Positions 1-13,383 of a DNA stretch of 64,000 nt are shown here, piece by piece; position 1 is the stretch's first letter; the number at the start of each line of letters is the position of its first letter. Source of the DNA: Octopus vulgaris. Taxonomy: Eukaryota. Position numbers and translations under genes: made by a program. Where the stretch lies: positions 170,996,001 to 171,060,000 of the forward strand of contig OX597817.1 of assembly GCA_951406725.2 (NCBI GenBank). Direction: 5' to 3'. The notes below the pieces were generated by a model. It saw nothing but the letters and a program-made list of their open reading frames with translations. It searched no databases and was not told the origin of the DNA.

Positions 1-205
1 TTATTGAATCATGGACAGTGATCAGAGCAAATTCTTTGGAAAGGAATGATTGTTCCAAACCGCCACTTTTTTCCCCTCTCTTAAAATACAGTCTATAATC
101 AAAAAGAAATTAAAAAGACGGATCAGAAAGTAATACAATTCTTATGTGCATTACTTTTTTATCATTCCTTTCCTATTCAATACAGTTAATTCAGAGCTGG
201 ATGCA

Positions 206-811
206 AAATTTTTTCCCCACAAGAATTCTGGAGCCCAATAATGAACTCATTTGCATACAGCCAATCAGAGCTCACCTTGACCTTATTGTCAAGTTAACAA
301 ACACACTCTACCAACTAAACTCGAGATGAAGAATGGTGTTGTAAGTCGACTGATCGCCAAGTCATGTCTGATTTTAGAAGGAGACAATTAATTAGATAGA
401 TTTGCATCTATACCTATTATTGGATTTTGTTAGGGCCCCTTATGGTAAAGACGTGGATGAGAAAAATATGGGTATAGGGTGAAGTGCTAGCAACCAATTA
501 ATCAGTGGAGTTAATATGATCAAGTATCATTTTCTAAAATGTTTATATTATTTTTATTAAAGCTTTCTGTATTCAGAATCTTTAGAAAGTAAACAACATA
601 AGTAACTACACAGAGGCAGCCATGGTTGAAACAAGAACAAGAAGAATCATTAAAAAGAAAAGAAGCATGGTCATTCCTTACCCAAGTGACCTTATTTTAT
701 CACCCATCACGTGTTACGTGCTCATAAATTAGTTTGATAGTTGAGCTCTGATTGGCTGTTTGCAAATGAGTTCATGACTGGGGTCCAGAACTCTTGTGGG
801 AAAAAAAATTT
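206..811. repeat. Fold-back/MITE-like element with ~70-bp imperfect terminal inverted repeats
   Basis: 206-275 (aaattttttccccacaagaattctgg...atttgcatacagccaatcagagctca) is the reverse complement of 740-811 with a few mismatches; interior is non-coding; no clear TSD. Confidence 0.7.
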
Positions 812-855
812 CGTGGACTGTACAAGGTTTATCAATGTCTTATTGCTAATCGGCT

Positions 856-1084
856 TACTCTCTTTACTCCCTTTTGCTTGTTTCAGTCATTTGACTGCGG
901 CCATGCTGGAACACCACCTTTATATTCGAGCAAATCGACCCTAGAGCTTATTGCTTATTCTTTGTAAGCCTAGTTCTTATTCTATCTATCTCTTTTGCTG
1001 AACCGTTAAGTTACGGAGATGTCAGCACACCAGCATTGGTTGTCAAGCGATGCTGGGGAGAAAAAAAGACACATAAACATATGT

Positions 1085-1152
<68 letters not shown>

Positions 1153-1155
1153 ATA

Positions 1156-1235
<80 letters not shown>

Positions 1236-1398
1236 GATGAGCTTCTTCCAGTTTCTGTCTACCATATCTATTCACAAGGCTTTGGTCAGCCTGAGGCTAT
1301 AGTAGAAGACACTTGCCCAAGGTGCTATGCAGTGGGACTGAACCCGGGACCATGTGGTTAGTAAGCAAGCTACTTATCACACTGCCACTCCTGCACCT
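856..1398 (-). mobile_element. tRNA-derived CORE-type SINE (family A), full length
   Basis: Minus strand has A-box-like TGGCAGTGTGAT, B-box GGTTCAGTCCC, CORE-like caccttgggcaagtgtctt, central (TA)n and the family 3' tail ...aaatgactgaaacaag; about 20 homologous copies in the window. Confidence 0.9.
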
Positions 1399-1449
1399 TA
1401 ATATAAAAAAGAAAATGCTACTTGCTTTTCTCCACAAAGCCCAAATAGC

Positions 1450-1760
1450 TTCTTCCTAATGTTCTCATTGAGGGTAAAGCAATTTCACATGCAACACCAA
1501 CAACATTTCTCAGCATTCATATTGATGAGTCCCTCGGTTTCAAAACACATATAAGCAATTTATGAAAACAAGATTTGGTATGTTAAATAGAATTTCTTAC
1601 TTTCTTCCCAAAAATGTTAGAATCACTCTTTATTATTCTTTAATATATTCAAAGTTCTCTTACTGTGTTTCTGCTTGGAGAAATTGCAAAGTTCGCTTAC
1701 TCAACCATGTCATTAATAAATCATAGAAGACTCTCAATATAAACAATCATCAATCAAAAT
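1450..1760 (+). pseudogene. Old non-LTR retrotransposon RT C-terminal remnant (CR1/L2-group-like)
   Basis: Broken translation TFLSIHIDESLGFKTHISNL...MLNRISYFLPKNVRITLYYSLIYSKFSYCVSAW resembles the post-RT region of CR1/L2-group LINEs. Confidence 0.6.
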
Positions 1761-2001
1761 TACTTTTGTTTAATAATATATATACATATATATATATTTT
1801 TTTGTTAAATAAATAAGTCAACATTTTAATATCCGAAAACTGATGAACCAACTAAATTGTTTCTCCTTTTTCTTATTTGTATTACATATATTTATATATA
1901 TATATATATATATACTTTATTTAAAAGCAACAGAAATTCAACGAAACCTGTTACTCAGAGTTTCACGTTATATTTCTAAAATGTTGTTGACCCTGTGCCA
2001 G

Positions 2002-2094
<93 letters not shown>

Positions 2095-2283
2095 ATTATT
2101 ATTACATATACGAATGCATACATACATATATCTGCACGTATTCACACGGCAAATTAAATTTAAATTCAAACTGGCTGTGTGCATAAGTGCCGATATATGT
2201 ATGTATACGTTCATATATGTAAGTATTCGTGTGTTGTATGTATATATATATATAAATATATTTGTATTTATGTGCTGTGTATA

Positions 2284-2339
2284 TTCCGCTGATGAGGCAA
2301 AGCATTTCTTATGCAGAGCCAGAAATCCAGAATCTGGAA
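2284..2339 (+). ncRNA. Type-I hammerhead ribozyme motif in a PLE-terminus-like module (module ~2280-2570)
   Basis: TTCCG CTGATGA GGC..GCC A GAAA TCCAGAA TC TGGAA: stem I TTCCG/TGGAA, catalytic boxes, AUC triplet. Confidence 0.65.
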
Positions 2340-2786
2340 CTATCCAGTAAAATTTCTTGCTAGTTTATTTTGTCTTTTTGTCTTCTCTCCTGGTGCTGTA
2401 TGAACATTTAATGTGGTTTAGAGTCAAGTTTTGGCTGCTATTTCCAGCGTGGTGGTATCTCTTAGATACCCTAAATTATAATTTTAATAATAAATATTAC
2501 CTTTGAAGGTTTCTATTCCCATGCTGGCCACTTGATAAGATCGATATTAAAATAACGATCTTATCCTTATTTATATAAATATAGATATATATATATTTAT
2601 ACAACTCTGCCGTTAAGTTCCACAAAATATTACATCATGACTGCCATACTTATTTCTATTAAATTATCTGTCACCATTCTCTCTCTCATAACTACTAAAC
2701 AAGCGGTATCGCCAAGTTGAATTTTGAAACACCCTTTTGTTGAGTATCAATTTGTCAAAAAAGCTTTATACATAACAGTATTAACA

Positions 2787-3763
2787 TACTCTTTTACTTG
2801 CTTCAGTCATTTGACTGTGGCCATGCTGGAGCACCACCTTTAGTCAAGCAAATCGACCCCAGGACTTATTCTTTGTAAGCCTAATACTTATTCTATCGGT
2901 CTCTTTTGCCGAACCGCTAAGTTACAGGGATGTAAACGCACCAGCATCAATTGTAACACAGACGCACAAACATTTTCACACACACATACATGTATATATA
3001 TATCTATATATATATAAATTTATATATGAGGATAATATTGATATTTAAGTATCAATATTATCAAGTGGCCAGCATGGAAAAAATACCGTACAAAGGTAAT
3101 AATTTTTAACAATTAAAAATGAGGGTGTCTGAGAGACACCAACATGCCTAAATAGCAGTCGAAATTCTGACTATAAAAACCACGTTAAGTGTTCATATCG
3201 TACCATGAGATAAGACAGAGGGACAAAATATACAAGCAAAAGTTATTGAATAATTCAAGATCCAGGATTTCTGGTTTTGCTTTAAATAAGCTTTACCGTC
3301 ATCAATTGAATATATCAAGGGTACATAAATACAGATATATATATGCAGAACAAACGATATACTTACATATACGAACGTCAATTGATGACGGTAAAGCTTA
3401 TTTAAAGCAAAACCAGAAATCCTGGATCTTGAATTATTAAATAACTTTTGCTTGTATATTTTGTCCCTCTATCTTATCTCATGGTACGATATGAACACTT
3501 AACGTGGTTTTTATAGTCAGAATTTCGACTGCTATTTCGGCATGTTGGTGTCTCTCAGACACCCTCACTTTTAATCTATATATATATATATATCTACATA
3601 CAACAGGCTACTTTCAGTTTCCATCTACCAAATCCACTCACAAGGTATTTGTCGGCCAAGGCCATAGTAGAAGACACTTGCCCAAGGTGCCACGCAGTGG
3701 GACTGAACCCAGAACCATGTAGTTTGTAAGCAAGCTACTTACCACACAGCCATTCTTACACCT
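2787..3763 (-). mobile_element. CORE-type SINE (family A) interrupted in its microsatellite by an inverted PLE-terminus pair
   Basis: 3' half 2787-~3000 and 5' half ~3600-3763 match family A; the intervening ~3025-3575 is the inverted pair. Confidence 0.85.
3025..3575. mobile_element. Head-to-head inverted pair of hammerhead-bearing PLE-terminus modules
   Basis: ~3112-3309 and 3378-~3575 are near-perfect reverse complements with a 68-bp spacer; motif TCAA TTGATGA CGGT..ACC A GAAA TCCTGGA TC TTGA at 3378-3432 (+) and 3255-3309 (-); homologous to 2280-2570. Confidence 0.8.
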
Positions 3764-4090
3764 TTTATAAACTTTATTTTATAGACCTACAGTATTTATA
3801 ATCTTTTTAATATTTTATATTTCCAGGTTATATTTCCAGACGTTTTTGACTACTTTGCTTGCATGCAAAGGATGTTCCTTTTTTATATATAATTAATGAC
3901 CTATCTATTTTTTATGTTTTTTTATTTTTGACCTCCTACCAACTTGCCCAAATTAGCCAAGCTGCCAAAGGGTTTAATTCAACTTTTAATGCAATTTCTG
4001 AAAAAAAAATTTTTTTACTTATTGTAATCAATAAAAAAATATTCAATGTAAATTGGATTAATAAATTTATTTATTTATTTATCATTATAT

Positions 4091-4483
4091 AGGTTGTGTG
4101 GTAAATAGCTTGCCTACCAACCACATGGTTCCAGGTTCAGTCCCACTGCATGGCACCTTGGGCATGTGTCTTCTACTATAGCCTCAGGCTGACCAAAGCC
4201 TTGTGAGTGGATTTGGTGGATGGAAACTGAAAGAAGCCCATCGTATATATGTATATATATATATATATGTGTGTATGTGTGTATATATGTTTGTGCCCCC
4301 AACATCGCTTGACAACCGATGCTGGTGTGTTTACATTCCCGTAACTTAGTGGTTAGGCAAAAGAGGACAATAGAATAAGTACTAGGCTGACAAAGAATAA
4401 GTCCTGGGGTTGATTTGCTTGACTAAAGGTGGTGTTCCAGCATGACCACTGTCAAATGACTGAAACAAGTAACAGAGTAAAAG
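4091..4483 (+). mobile_element. CORE-type SINE (family A)
   Basis: B box ggttcagtccc, CORE-like segment, microsatellite, family tail. Confidence 0.9.
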
Positions 4484-4485
4484 AC

Positions 4486-4676
4486 ACCAGGCGAAATATT
4501 TAGTGGTATTTCGTCTCTCTTTACATTCTGAGTTCAAATTCCACCGAGGTCAACTTTGCCTTTCGTTATTTCAGGGTCAATAAATTAAGTACCAGTTGCA
4601 TACTGGGGTCGATCTAATCTACTGGCCCCACTCCCCCAAAATGTCAGGCCTTGTCCCTAGTGCAGAAAAGATTATT
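4486..4676 (+). mobile_element. tRNA-derived SINE family D (central gcctttcatcctttcggggtcgataaattaagtaccag, Meta/MESC-like)
   Basis: B box gagttcaaattcc plus conserved central block; further copies at ~16855-16975(-), 29654-29897(-), ~33255-33650(-), ~36140-36330(+), ~62790-62905(+). Superfamily label is from memory of the motif. Confidence 0.75.
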
Positions 4677-4967
4677 TATTTGTCGTTGTATACATATACA
4701 TACTAAAAATTGACTCACTCTTGTGTTATAATAGGTGCAGGTATATATGTGTGGTTAGAAGCTTGCTTTGCAAACACATGATTTCTGGTTCAATCCCACT
4801 GCATGGCACTTTGGGCATATGTCTTCTGCTATAGCCCTGGTTTAATGAATGCCTTGAAAGTGAATTTGGTTAAAGGAGACTGTCTGGAAGCCTTATTTGT
4901 GTATGTGTGTTGTGGAAACAGACTGGACCTGAAAGGATGTGGTTACCGCATGGCTACACCTGCACTC

Positions 4968-4969
<2 letters not shown>

Positions 4970-5009
<40 letters not shown>

Positions 5010-5570
5010 AGATTGGTAGATGTTGATGCATACATACAGAGAAAGAGAAAGAGAGAGACAAGAACAAAAAAAGCAATAACTAAATAAGACAGGTTCATGA
5101 TGAGAATTATTTGTTTGATATATGTGTATGCATGTGTGTGTGTGTGTGTAAGTGTGTCTGTGTGTCTGTGTCTGTGTATGTATGTCTGTGTGTGTGTCTG
5201 TATGTATGTGCATGCGTTTGTGTCAGTGTATGTATGCGCATGTGTTTGTGTTTCTGTGTGCGTCCGTGTCTGTGTATGTATGTATGTTTATGTGTCTGTG
5301 TGTCTGTGTGTCCATGTGTATGTGTCTGTGTATGTGTGTGTGTGTGTGCATGCATGTGTGTATGTGAGTGTGTATGTGTGTGGGTGTCAGTGTTTGCATG
5401 CGCACATGTGTGTGTGTGCATGTGTGTGTGTGTGCATGTGAGTGTGTGTGTGTGTGTCTGTGTGTACATGCGCGCACATGTGTGTGCATGTGTGTGATTA
5501 TGTGTGTGTATCTGTGTGTGCATGCACGCATGTGAGTGTGTATGTGTGTGTGTGTGAGTGTGTGTGTGTG
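4970..5570. repeat. Compound (TG)n/(TGTA)n/(TGCA)n microsatellite field
   Basis: Direct inspection; explains the CV/HT-rich ORFs. Confidence 0.95.
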
Positions 5571-6095
5571 TTTTTCTCAGAGGCTAAATCGACATGAAAT
5601 AGTGATGGTGCATTGAACAAATATACTTTTGTGATATTTAGGCAGATTTAGACATTTGATAAACAGCAATCAATAAAAGAAATAGCAAACCAAAGTAGCA
5701 GAGTTGGTATACTTCACTAAAACACTTAAAGGCACTGTCCCAGAATTAGGGCAGTACAAAAACTGAAACCAGGTGAACAAATTTATATAAATTCGCACAA
5801 TGCAGTAAGAATGAATTTTGAGTAACTGTTAACTTAGTGCAATTTTATTTTATCTTATTTTAAGGTATGGATGACTTAAATACCTACTAAATATCTAACT
5901 CGCTTTGTAATTAAGAGTGCACCTAACCTCACGTGTGCATATGCTCACATATTTGGTAATGTTTGTATGAGCATGTGCATTCGTGCCATGCTTCTTGCCC
6001 AAGCGTGTTTATACATTCATATCGGTTAACGGTTATTTTCAATAATTTTCTTGCTGGATTAAGTGTTCATTTCTCTTTTTGTCTTCTGCAATTTC

Positions 6096-6696
<601 letters not shown>

Positions 6697-6814
6697 ATCT
6701 CCTTCTGGCAAACATCAAATACTTTTCCATTCTTCCCAAGCATTAAACTAATACACCTGCTTGATGTTTCTTCACTTGTTTTTGTCTTGTCTTTTGTTTT
6801 CTGTAAATTTGAAC

Positions 6815-6891
<77 letters not shown>

Positions 6892-8231
6892 GTATGCATA
6901 CACACACACATACCACCAACACAGATAGATAGATAGATACATACATACATACATACATGCATGCATACATACATACATACATACATACATACATACATAC
7001 ATACATACATACATACATACATACATACATACACTGTCATCATCATCACTATTACCACCTCCTTCATCTTCATCCCTATTTGACATCTATGTTCCAAGTT
7101 GGTAAGAGTGGGATGACTTGAAAAGATCCAATGAGTTCAAGGACTGCATCATACTTCAGTGTCTGCTTTAGCATGGTTTCAATGGCTAAATGCTCTCCTA
7201 AAAGCAACCACTTTACATGCACTGAATACCTTTTTAGTACCACCAACACTAGTGAAGTTGCTAAGCAGCTTGCAAAACTGTGAATCCCAAGGGAGCAGCT
7301 GTATGCTGGGAGATAAACGATTAAAGCCTACACTACCCATCAAATTCCTAACAGTGATATATCCTTAGTTTAGTTTAAATTCTGGCTCCTGCCAATTGGC
7401 TGTAAAACAGGTTCCAACTCCAGTGTTGGGTGATTAGAATAATAAAGTTCCCCTACTGTGAATTTGAGACCCATCCAACCCATGATTTTATAAAAGAATC
7501 AATGTCAAACTAAATATACTGCAGTAATATATTTTCAAGAGGTATTATGGATATCTCAAATTTAAGAAGGCAACAATAATTTTATTTAATATTGATGTCA
7601 AAATGTGGAAATACTTCTGTAACTCTTATTTCTCATGGATTTATTGACTCTGAAAAACGATAATTTTCTAGAATTTCTAATAATGTAAAGGACAGATATA
7701 AAACCACTTCTAAATAATTTCACTGTTTGTCAAGATCTTCGGCTTTGGGAAAGAACACTTCAATGAAACTAAAACTTCACAAGATATAATTAGTTTAGCT
7801 TTTAAAATAGAACTGAAAGAAGGCAGAAAATTAATTTCAGTTTGATCACTTGCCATGCCTTTAAGTGATATTTGATGCACCTCTTTTGATGTTTGATATC
7901 CTAAAGAAGTGTACTTGAAGTCTGTTTTATCTACCAACTAATCCTTTATCCAAATCACCAGGATGAAAGAATTCGGTGCCTGTGTTGCTTGTTTTGTGTG
8001 GTGTCGGTTACGTTGCAATTCATGAACAAAGAGCATAGTTGGTTACTAGTTTCAAATGAGCCAGTTAGTGATTCAATATATTTCTGGTGACAAGTGAGTG
8101 CTTAAGCCAATACAAGGACACTGTCACTCATAAAACATTCTTTTTACAGTTGTTTATCAACGTTTACCAGGTTGAGTCAAAAGTTTCTCAAATGTTTTCT
8201 GATGATTTTTTGGCAACTTGTATCTCCATGT

Positions 8232-8263
<32 letters not shown>

Positions 8264-8462
8264 TATTAGAGACAAAACCACTATTTTGCAAAACAAACAA
8301 GGAAAGACTTAATCAATACATAAAATTTTAATAAATAGTCAAAAAAACCGCCACTACAATTGTTTCTTGTCTTGGTCGACAATCTTCAGGTGGACTTCCA
8401 ATAAGTCAGTTTCAAATTATGAAGTTTGAAACTTCATAATTTGAAACTGACTTATTGGAAGT

Positions 8463-8504
8463 CCACCTGAAGATTGTCGACAAGACAAGAAACAATTGTA
8501 GTGG
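8463..8504 (+). ncRNA. Minimal type-I hammerhead ribozyme (mirror copy at 8351-8393 on minus strand)
   Basis: CCAC CTGAAGA TTGTC-gacaa-GACAA GAAA CAATTG TA GTGG: stems I and II intact, palindromic stem III, GUA cleavage triplet. Confidence 0.85.
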
Positions 8505-8841
8505 CGGTTTTTTGACTATTTATTAAAATTTTATGTATTGATTAAGTCTTTCCTTGTTTGTTTTGCAAAATAGTGGTTTTGTCTCTAATAATATTTTATA
8601 ATATTTTACTATAAAATTGGATTTAATCCTAAATCTGATTTTTCCCTGTAAATTTGGATTTATTCCCTAATATTTATTATTTATATATATATATATATAA
8701 TAATAAATATTAGGAATAAATCCAAATTTGGGAAAAATCAGATTTAGGATTGAATCCAATATTATAGTAAAATATTATATAATATTAATTAGAGACAAAA
8801 CCACTATTATGCAAATCAAAATTGAATAGAAGATCTGAAAA

Positions 8842-8887
8842 CCACCTGATGAATGTCCTTAGAAGAGACACGAAACAATTGTAGTGG
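8842..8887 (+). ncRNA. Minimal type-I hammerhead ribozyme
   Basis: CCAC CTGATGA aTGTC-cttagaaga-GACAc GAAA CAATTG TA GTGG. Confidence 0.82.
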
Positions 8888-8980
8888 CGAATTTAATTTT
8901 ATTTAATTTATATAAAATTTTTTATGTATTGGATTAAGTCTTTCTTTGTTTGATTTGCATAATAGTGGTTTTGTCTCTAA

Positions 8981-9036
<56 letters not shown>

Positions 9037-9387
9037 TTGTCCAATCGTTGCTGAATAGTTTTATTCCTTGTTTATAACATACTCTCTTACTCTTTCCTTT
9101 TTTACTTGTTTCAGTCAGTTGACTGTGCCATGCTGGAGCAACGCCTTTAGTCGAGCAAATTGACCCCAGGACTTATTCTTTGTAAGCCTAGTACTTATTC
9201 TATCAGTCTCTCTTGCTGAACCACTAAGTTATGGGGACTGCTGAACTGCTAAGTTACAGGGACGTAAACACACCACCATCGGTTGTCAAGCGATGTTGGT
9301 GGGGACAAACACAGACACACAAACACACACACATACACATGCATACACACGCACACATATACACACACACACACATATATATATATA

Positions 9388-10938
9388 CTAGCTGAAGGTG
9401 ACCCGCTCTACGCGCGGGTAAGAGTGTGGTTGTTACTTTCTGTTGCTTCCTTTCAGCACGTAAAAAGCACCATCCGAACGTGGCCGATTGCAGTGCCGCC
9501 TTGACTTGCTTCTGTGCCAGTGGCACGTAAAAAGCAGCAACCGATCGTTGCCGCTGTGAGCCCCCCTGGCACATGTGCCGGCGGCACGAAAAAAGCACCC
9601 ACTACACTCACAGAGTGGTTGGCGTTAGGAAGGTCATCCACCTGTAGAAACACTGCCAGATCAGACTGGATCCTGGTGCAGCCTCCACGCTTCCCAGACC
9701 CCGGTCACACTGTCCAACCTGTGCTAGCACGGAAAACGGACGTTAAACGATGATGATGATGATGATTCTCCGTATTTGTTTCTCTCTCCTTTCTCTCTCA
9801 CTTTCCCACTCTCTTACTTTTCTTTTCTCTCGGACTCTCCCTCGCTTTCTCTTACTCTCTGTCTTTATCTATCTCTCTCCCATTTATAAACAACAGAAGA
9901 TCTTGAGTAAGTTGAGAAATAAAATATTTAGAAAGATCAATCAGAAATATGAGGCAGTGGCAATGGAAAGGTCTGCTTCAAGGCAGACAGCAAAACGCTA
10001 ACATTTAAAAGGGACAGACGAACTTGCGAGTTGAATAAAAATAATAAGATATTGGAAACCAAAGTTTGAAGGGATAGAATCTGAGGATAGTAGAGTCACC
10101 ATGGTTGGCATTTCTTAACGACGGACAGCAACGTAGTGACAGTTTAACGGCTGGCGTAAAATTTTGAACTTGATGTAAAAGAAAATTCGTAAACACCAAG
10201 TTTTGAAGTGATTCTTTCTCACGACAGTAGACTCACCATGGCAAGCATTCAAAACTTCTTTATCATGGACGGCAACACATTGACGATTAAAAGGCTGGCG
10301 CAAATTTTTTAGCTTGATGTAACAGAGAATTCCTAAACACCCGCTCTTTGAAATTTTAATCCCCTTCCAGCCCCATTTAGACCCCTTTTCACATTTCGGT
10401 TAATATAACCCGATTTCATTCGGGTCTACTGGGGCCACATTTTATAAGATGAGGAATTTTGTCCTAGAGGTGACGCCTTTTATTTGAGGAAAAAAATAGT
10501 TGTCATGCAAACTTGCCAGCACTTTTAACATAGGTGTGCATATTTTCAGCTGAATCGACCGACTACGTAAAGCACACATTATATATATATATATGTGTAT
10601 ATATATGTGTGTGTGTGTGCACGCATTATATATACAAATGTATACAAATGAGATATATATCTGTATAAATTAAATTAGAGATAAAACCACTAATAGGCAA
10701 ATCGAACAGTGAAAAACCAAAAACAAAAACATTAAAAAAAATATATAATATAGAAAATATATAAAATATAAAATTGAAAAATTTAAATTATTTAAATTGA
10801 AAATAAAAATTATTAAATTATATTTATAATTGTTTAAAAATATATATAGCTATGAAAAAGTATGAAAAAGTTTAATATACATAAATAAAGATATATACAC
10901 TTTGTATATATACATTATATATACATATTTATATATAG

Positions 10939-10974
<36 letters not shown>

Positions 10975-11657
10975 TACATTATATATACATATTTATATAT
11001 GGAACACACACACACACACACACACATACATTATATATACATATTTATATATAGAACACACACACACAGACATTATATATACATATTTATATATAGAACA
11101 CCCCCCCACCCATACACACATTATATATACATATCTATATATAGAACACACACACACACACACATACATTATATATACATATTTATATATAGAACACACA
11201 CACACACACACACACATACATTATATATACATATTTATATATAGAACACACACACACACATATAAATGAACGCAAGAATATCTGATTCATAATATTTGTT
11301 CTCATGATTGTGTGTTGTTTGGTAGCGATGATAATTCTCCCTATAAATGCAAAGAGATACATCAAAGAAAGCCACCTGACGAATTTATAAAGGGAAAGTG
11401 AAAGGGAGTTGAGGGGAATACATTAAATGACGGGAGTTGCATTCTCAAAGTTATTAATGAAGAGGAGTGAGAGAGTACTGGAGGAAATAGGATGAGTGAG
11501 GAAGATGGTCCCTAGCAACCACACCTTTTAAGATAGGGATTTCTAAGGTAGCCCACGCGCATCGTCACCTCATTCTACATGTCCCTGTAAATTTTGGAGT
11601 GAATCGGACGGGATGTAGTGGCATTGAAAGCGATCCAAGCGGTAAAAACGCAATTCA

Positions 11658-11672
<15 letters not shown>
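9388..11672 (-). mobile_element. Non-autonomous Helitron-like element (composite)
   Basis: Minus-strand 3' terminus: GC hairpin ACCCGC..GCGGGT (9401-9419) ~10 nt before CTAG (9388-9391) followed by T; other end cagttttatatata resembles a Helitron 5' end lost in the TA tract; internal ~135-bp diverged tandem duplication (10085-10350) and a ~50-bp minisatellite (10910-11260). Confidence 0.65.
9451..9765 (+). mobile_element. Modular RTE-tailed retroelement (family C)
   Basis: Repeated gtgcc-ggt-ggcacgtaaaaagcac modules, ggttggcgttaggaagg(g)catcca block, ending ggacgttaaacg(atg)n; other copies 19941-20238(-), 22368-26551(+), 36696-37056(+), 62221-62655(-). Confidence 0.85.
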
Positions 11673-11699
<27 letters not shown>

Positions 11700-12530
11700 T
11701 ACGATGGGCTTCTTTCAGTTTCCGTCTACCAAATCCACTCACAAGGCTTTGGTCGGCCCAAGGCTATAGTAGAAGACACTTGCCCAAGGTGTCATGCAGT
11801 GGGACTGAACCCGGAACCATGTGGTTCGTAAGCAAGCTACTTACCACACAGCCATTCCTACGCCTATATAAACATTGTTTATTTTTTATTTTATAGTTTT
11901 AATAATGAATAATAAAAAAAATTACAATTAAAACCATTTTACTCTACCTGTGGAAAATAGTCTGAGTGCCAGGGCAATGGCAAGAAAACTTAATCTTATG
12001 AAAAACCCAGGAACTGTCAACAAATGGGTGGCACAAAACTAATTCAAATGTTTCAAGGAAGGTAACACCAGCCTTGAAAACAAACCAAGCTGAGGGAAAC
12101 CTTTCATCGTAGAAGATGAAGCTTTGCTAGATATGGATGACCAACAGCCAAGCACAAGCGCTCAAACATTGTCAGCAGAACTTGGTGCTTCACAAAGTAC
12201 CATCAATCAACACCTCCATATGCTTGACCTTGTGGGCAGATGCTGTCAAAAATCTCTTCTTGAACTGACCAATGACCTGGCCCAATGATATATGAACATT
12301 TGCAAACAGGCTGACAAATCCTTGAGATGACTGTTTTTTGGCATCGAATTATAACATGAAAAATGAATTTATTTTTGTAATCCGAATAAGAGAAATCAGT
12401 GGCATCATTGCAACCAAGCTTCAGAACAAGGGCAGTTTGAACAGGACGTTATGTTGTGTCTTTGATGGAATTGTACTTTGAGCTTGTCCCAAACAGTTAT
12501 ACTGTGAAGAATAAACTTTATGTTTAATAA

Positions 12531-12843
12531 CACCTCTCAAAAGAGCTGTTCTTCACTCCTGCTCCAGAGTGTCGGCTGTGGGGTCATTCCGAAAAGCTCC
12601 ACCTGCGACGATTTCATCTCAATCGAGGGAGAGGAGCTTTCTCCGTCCGGGTTGCGGATCCGTGGAACAAGCTGCCAGATGAGATGGTGAAGATGCCGAC
12701 AACCGCTTTGTTCAAAGCCTCCCTTGACCTCAAGTGGCCTGATCTCTTTACATGAACACCACCCTGTACTTAACTCCATGTCCCCCTACATGGCCTTGCT
12801 ATTTGCTTTTGAGCCAAATTAACTAACTAACTAACTAACTAAC
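12531..12843 (+). mobile_element. 5'-truncated CR1-group LINE 3' end
   Basis: RGHSEKLHLRRFHLNRGRGAFSVRVADPWNKLPDEMV, 3' UTR and (TAAC)n tail; homologous to 62938-63335. Confidence 0.9.
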
Positions 12844-12983
12844 AGCAGTGAGTTTATGATACTTTGAAAGCCTGCTATCTAGAACTGGTCAATCAAAGAC
12901 TGACCCAACACACACTACCAATATGATCATGTACAAACTGGAGTTACTTGAGAGGGCGGAAATGTCACATCACTCTGCTTAAT

Positions 12984-13169
12984 CTCTTTACTTGTTTTAG
13001 TCATTTGACTGCAGCCATGCTGGAGCATCGCCTTTAGTTGAGCAAATTGACCCCAGGACTTATTCTTTGTATGCCTAGTACTTATTCTATCGGTCTCTTT
13101 TGCCGAACTACTACGTTACAGGGATGTAAACACACCAGCATCGGTTGTCAAGCAATGTTAGAGGGACAA

Positions 13170-13222
<53 letters not shown>

Positions 13223-13383
13223 CAACAGGTTTCTTTCAGTTTCCATCTACGATATCCACTCACAAGGCCTTGGCCAGCCCGAGGCTATAGTAGAAGATGC
13301 CCAAGATGCCACGCTGTAGGAGTGAACCCGAAACCATGGGGTTGGTAAGCCAGCTGCTTACCACACAGCCACTTCTGCGCCTA
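12984..13383 (-). mobile_element. CORE-type SINE (family A)
   Basis: Full head-to-tail match to family A, inserted in the mariner. Confidence 0.9.

Larger units (their letters stand above)
8254..8990. mobile_element. Two consecutive inverted pairs of hammerhead-bearing PLE-terminus modules bounded by (TA)n
   Basis: Palindrome centred on 8428 (~173-bp arms, one indel); second minus/plus pair 8697-8820 / 8821-8990 of a related subfamily; TA tracts at 8232-8256, 8683-8698 and 8988-9036. Confidence 0.85.
9081..11865 (-). mobile_element. CORE-type SINE (family A) split by a 2.3-kb Helitron-like insertion
   Basis: 3' half at 9081-9387 and 5' half at ~11673-11865, both abutting TA repeats. Confidence 0.75.

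Noticed and set aside
7710-8220. Minus-strand ORF as a host exon
   Set aside because: No convincing splice sites and neighbouring stops; at best a very decayed transposase fragment that I cannot assign.
11372-11405. Hammerhead candidate CCAC CTGACGA...GAAA
   Set aside because: No stem II, stem III or closing stem I partner.
12827-12843. Telomere-like (TAAC)n, and aaccctagccctag near 35568
   Set aside because: The first is the CR1 3' tail; the second is too short to mean anything.
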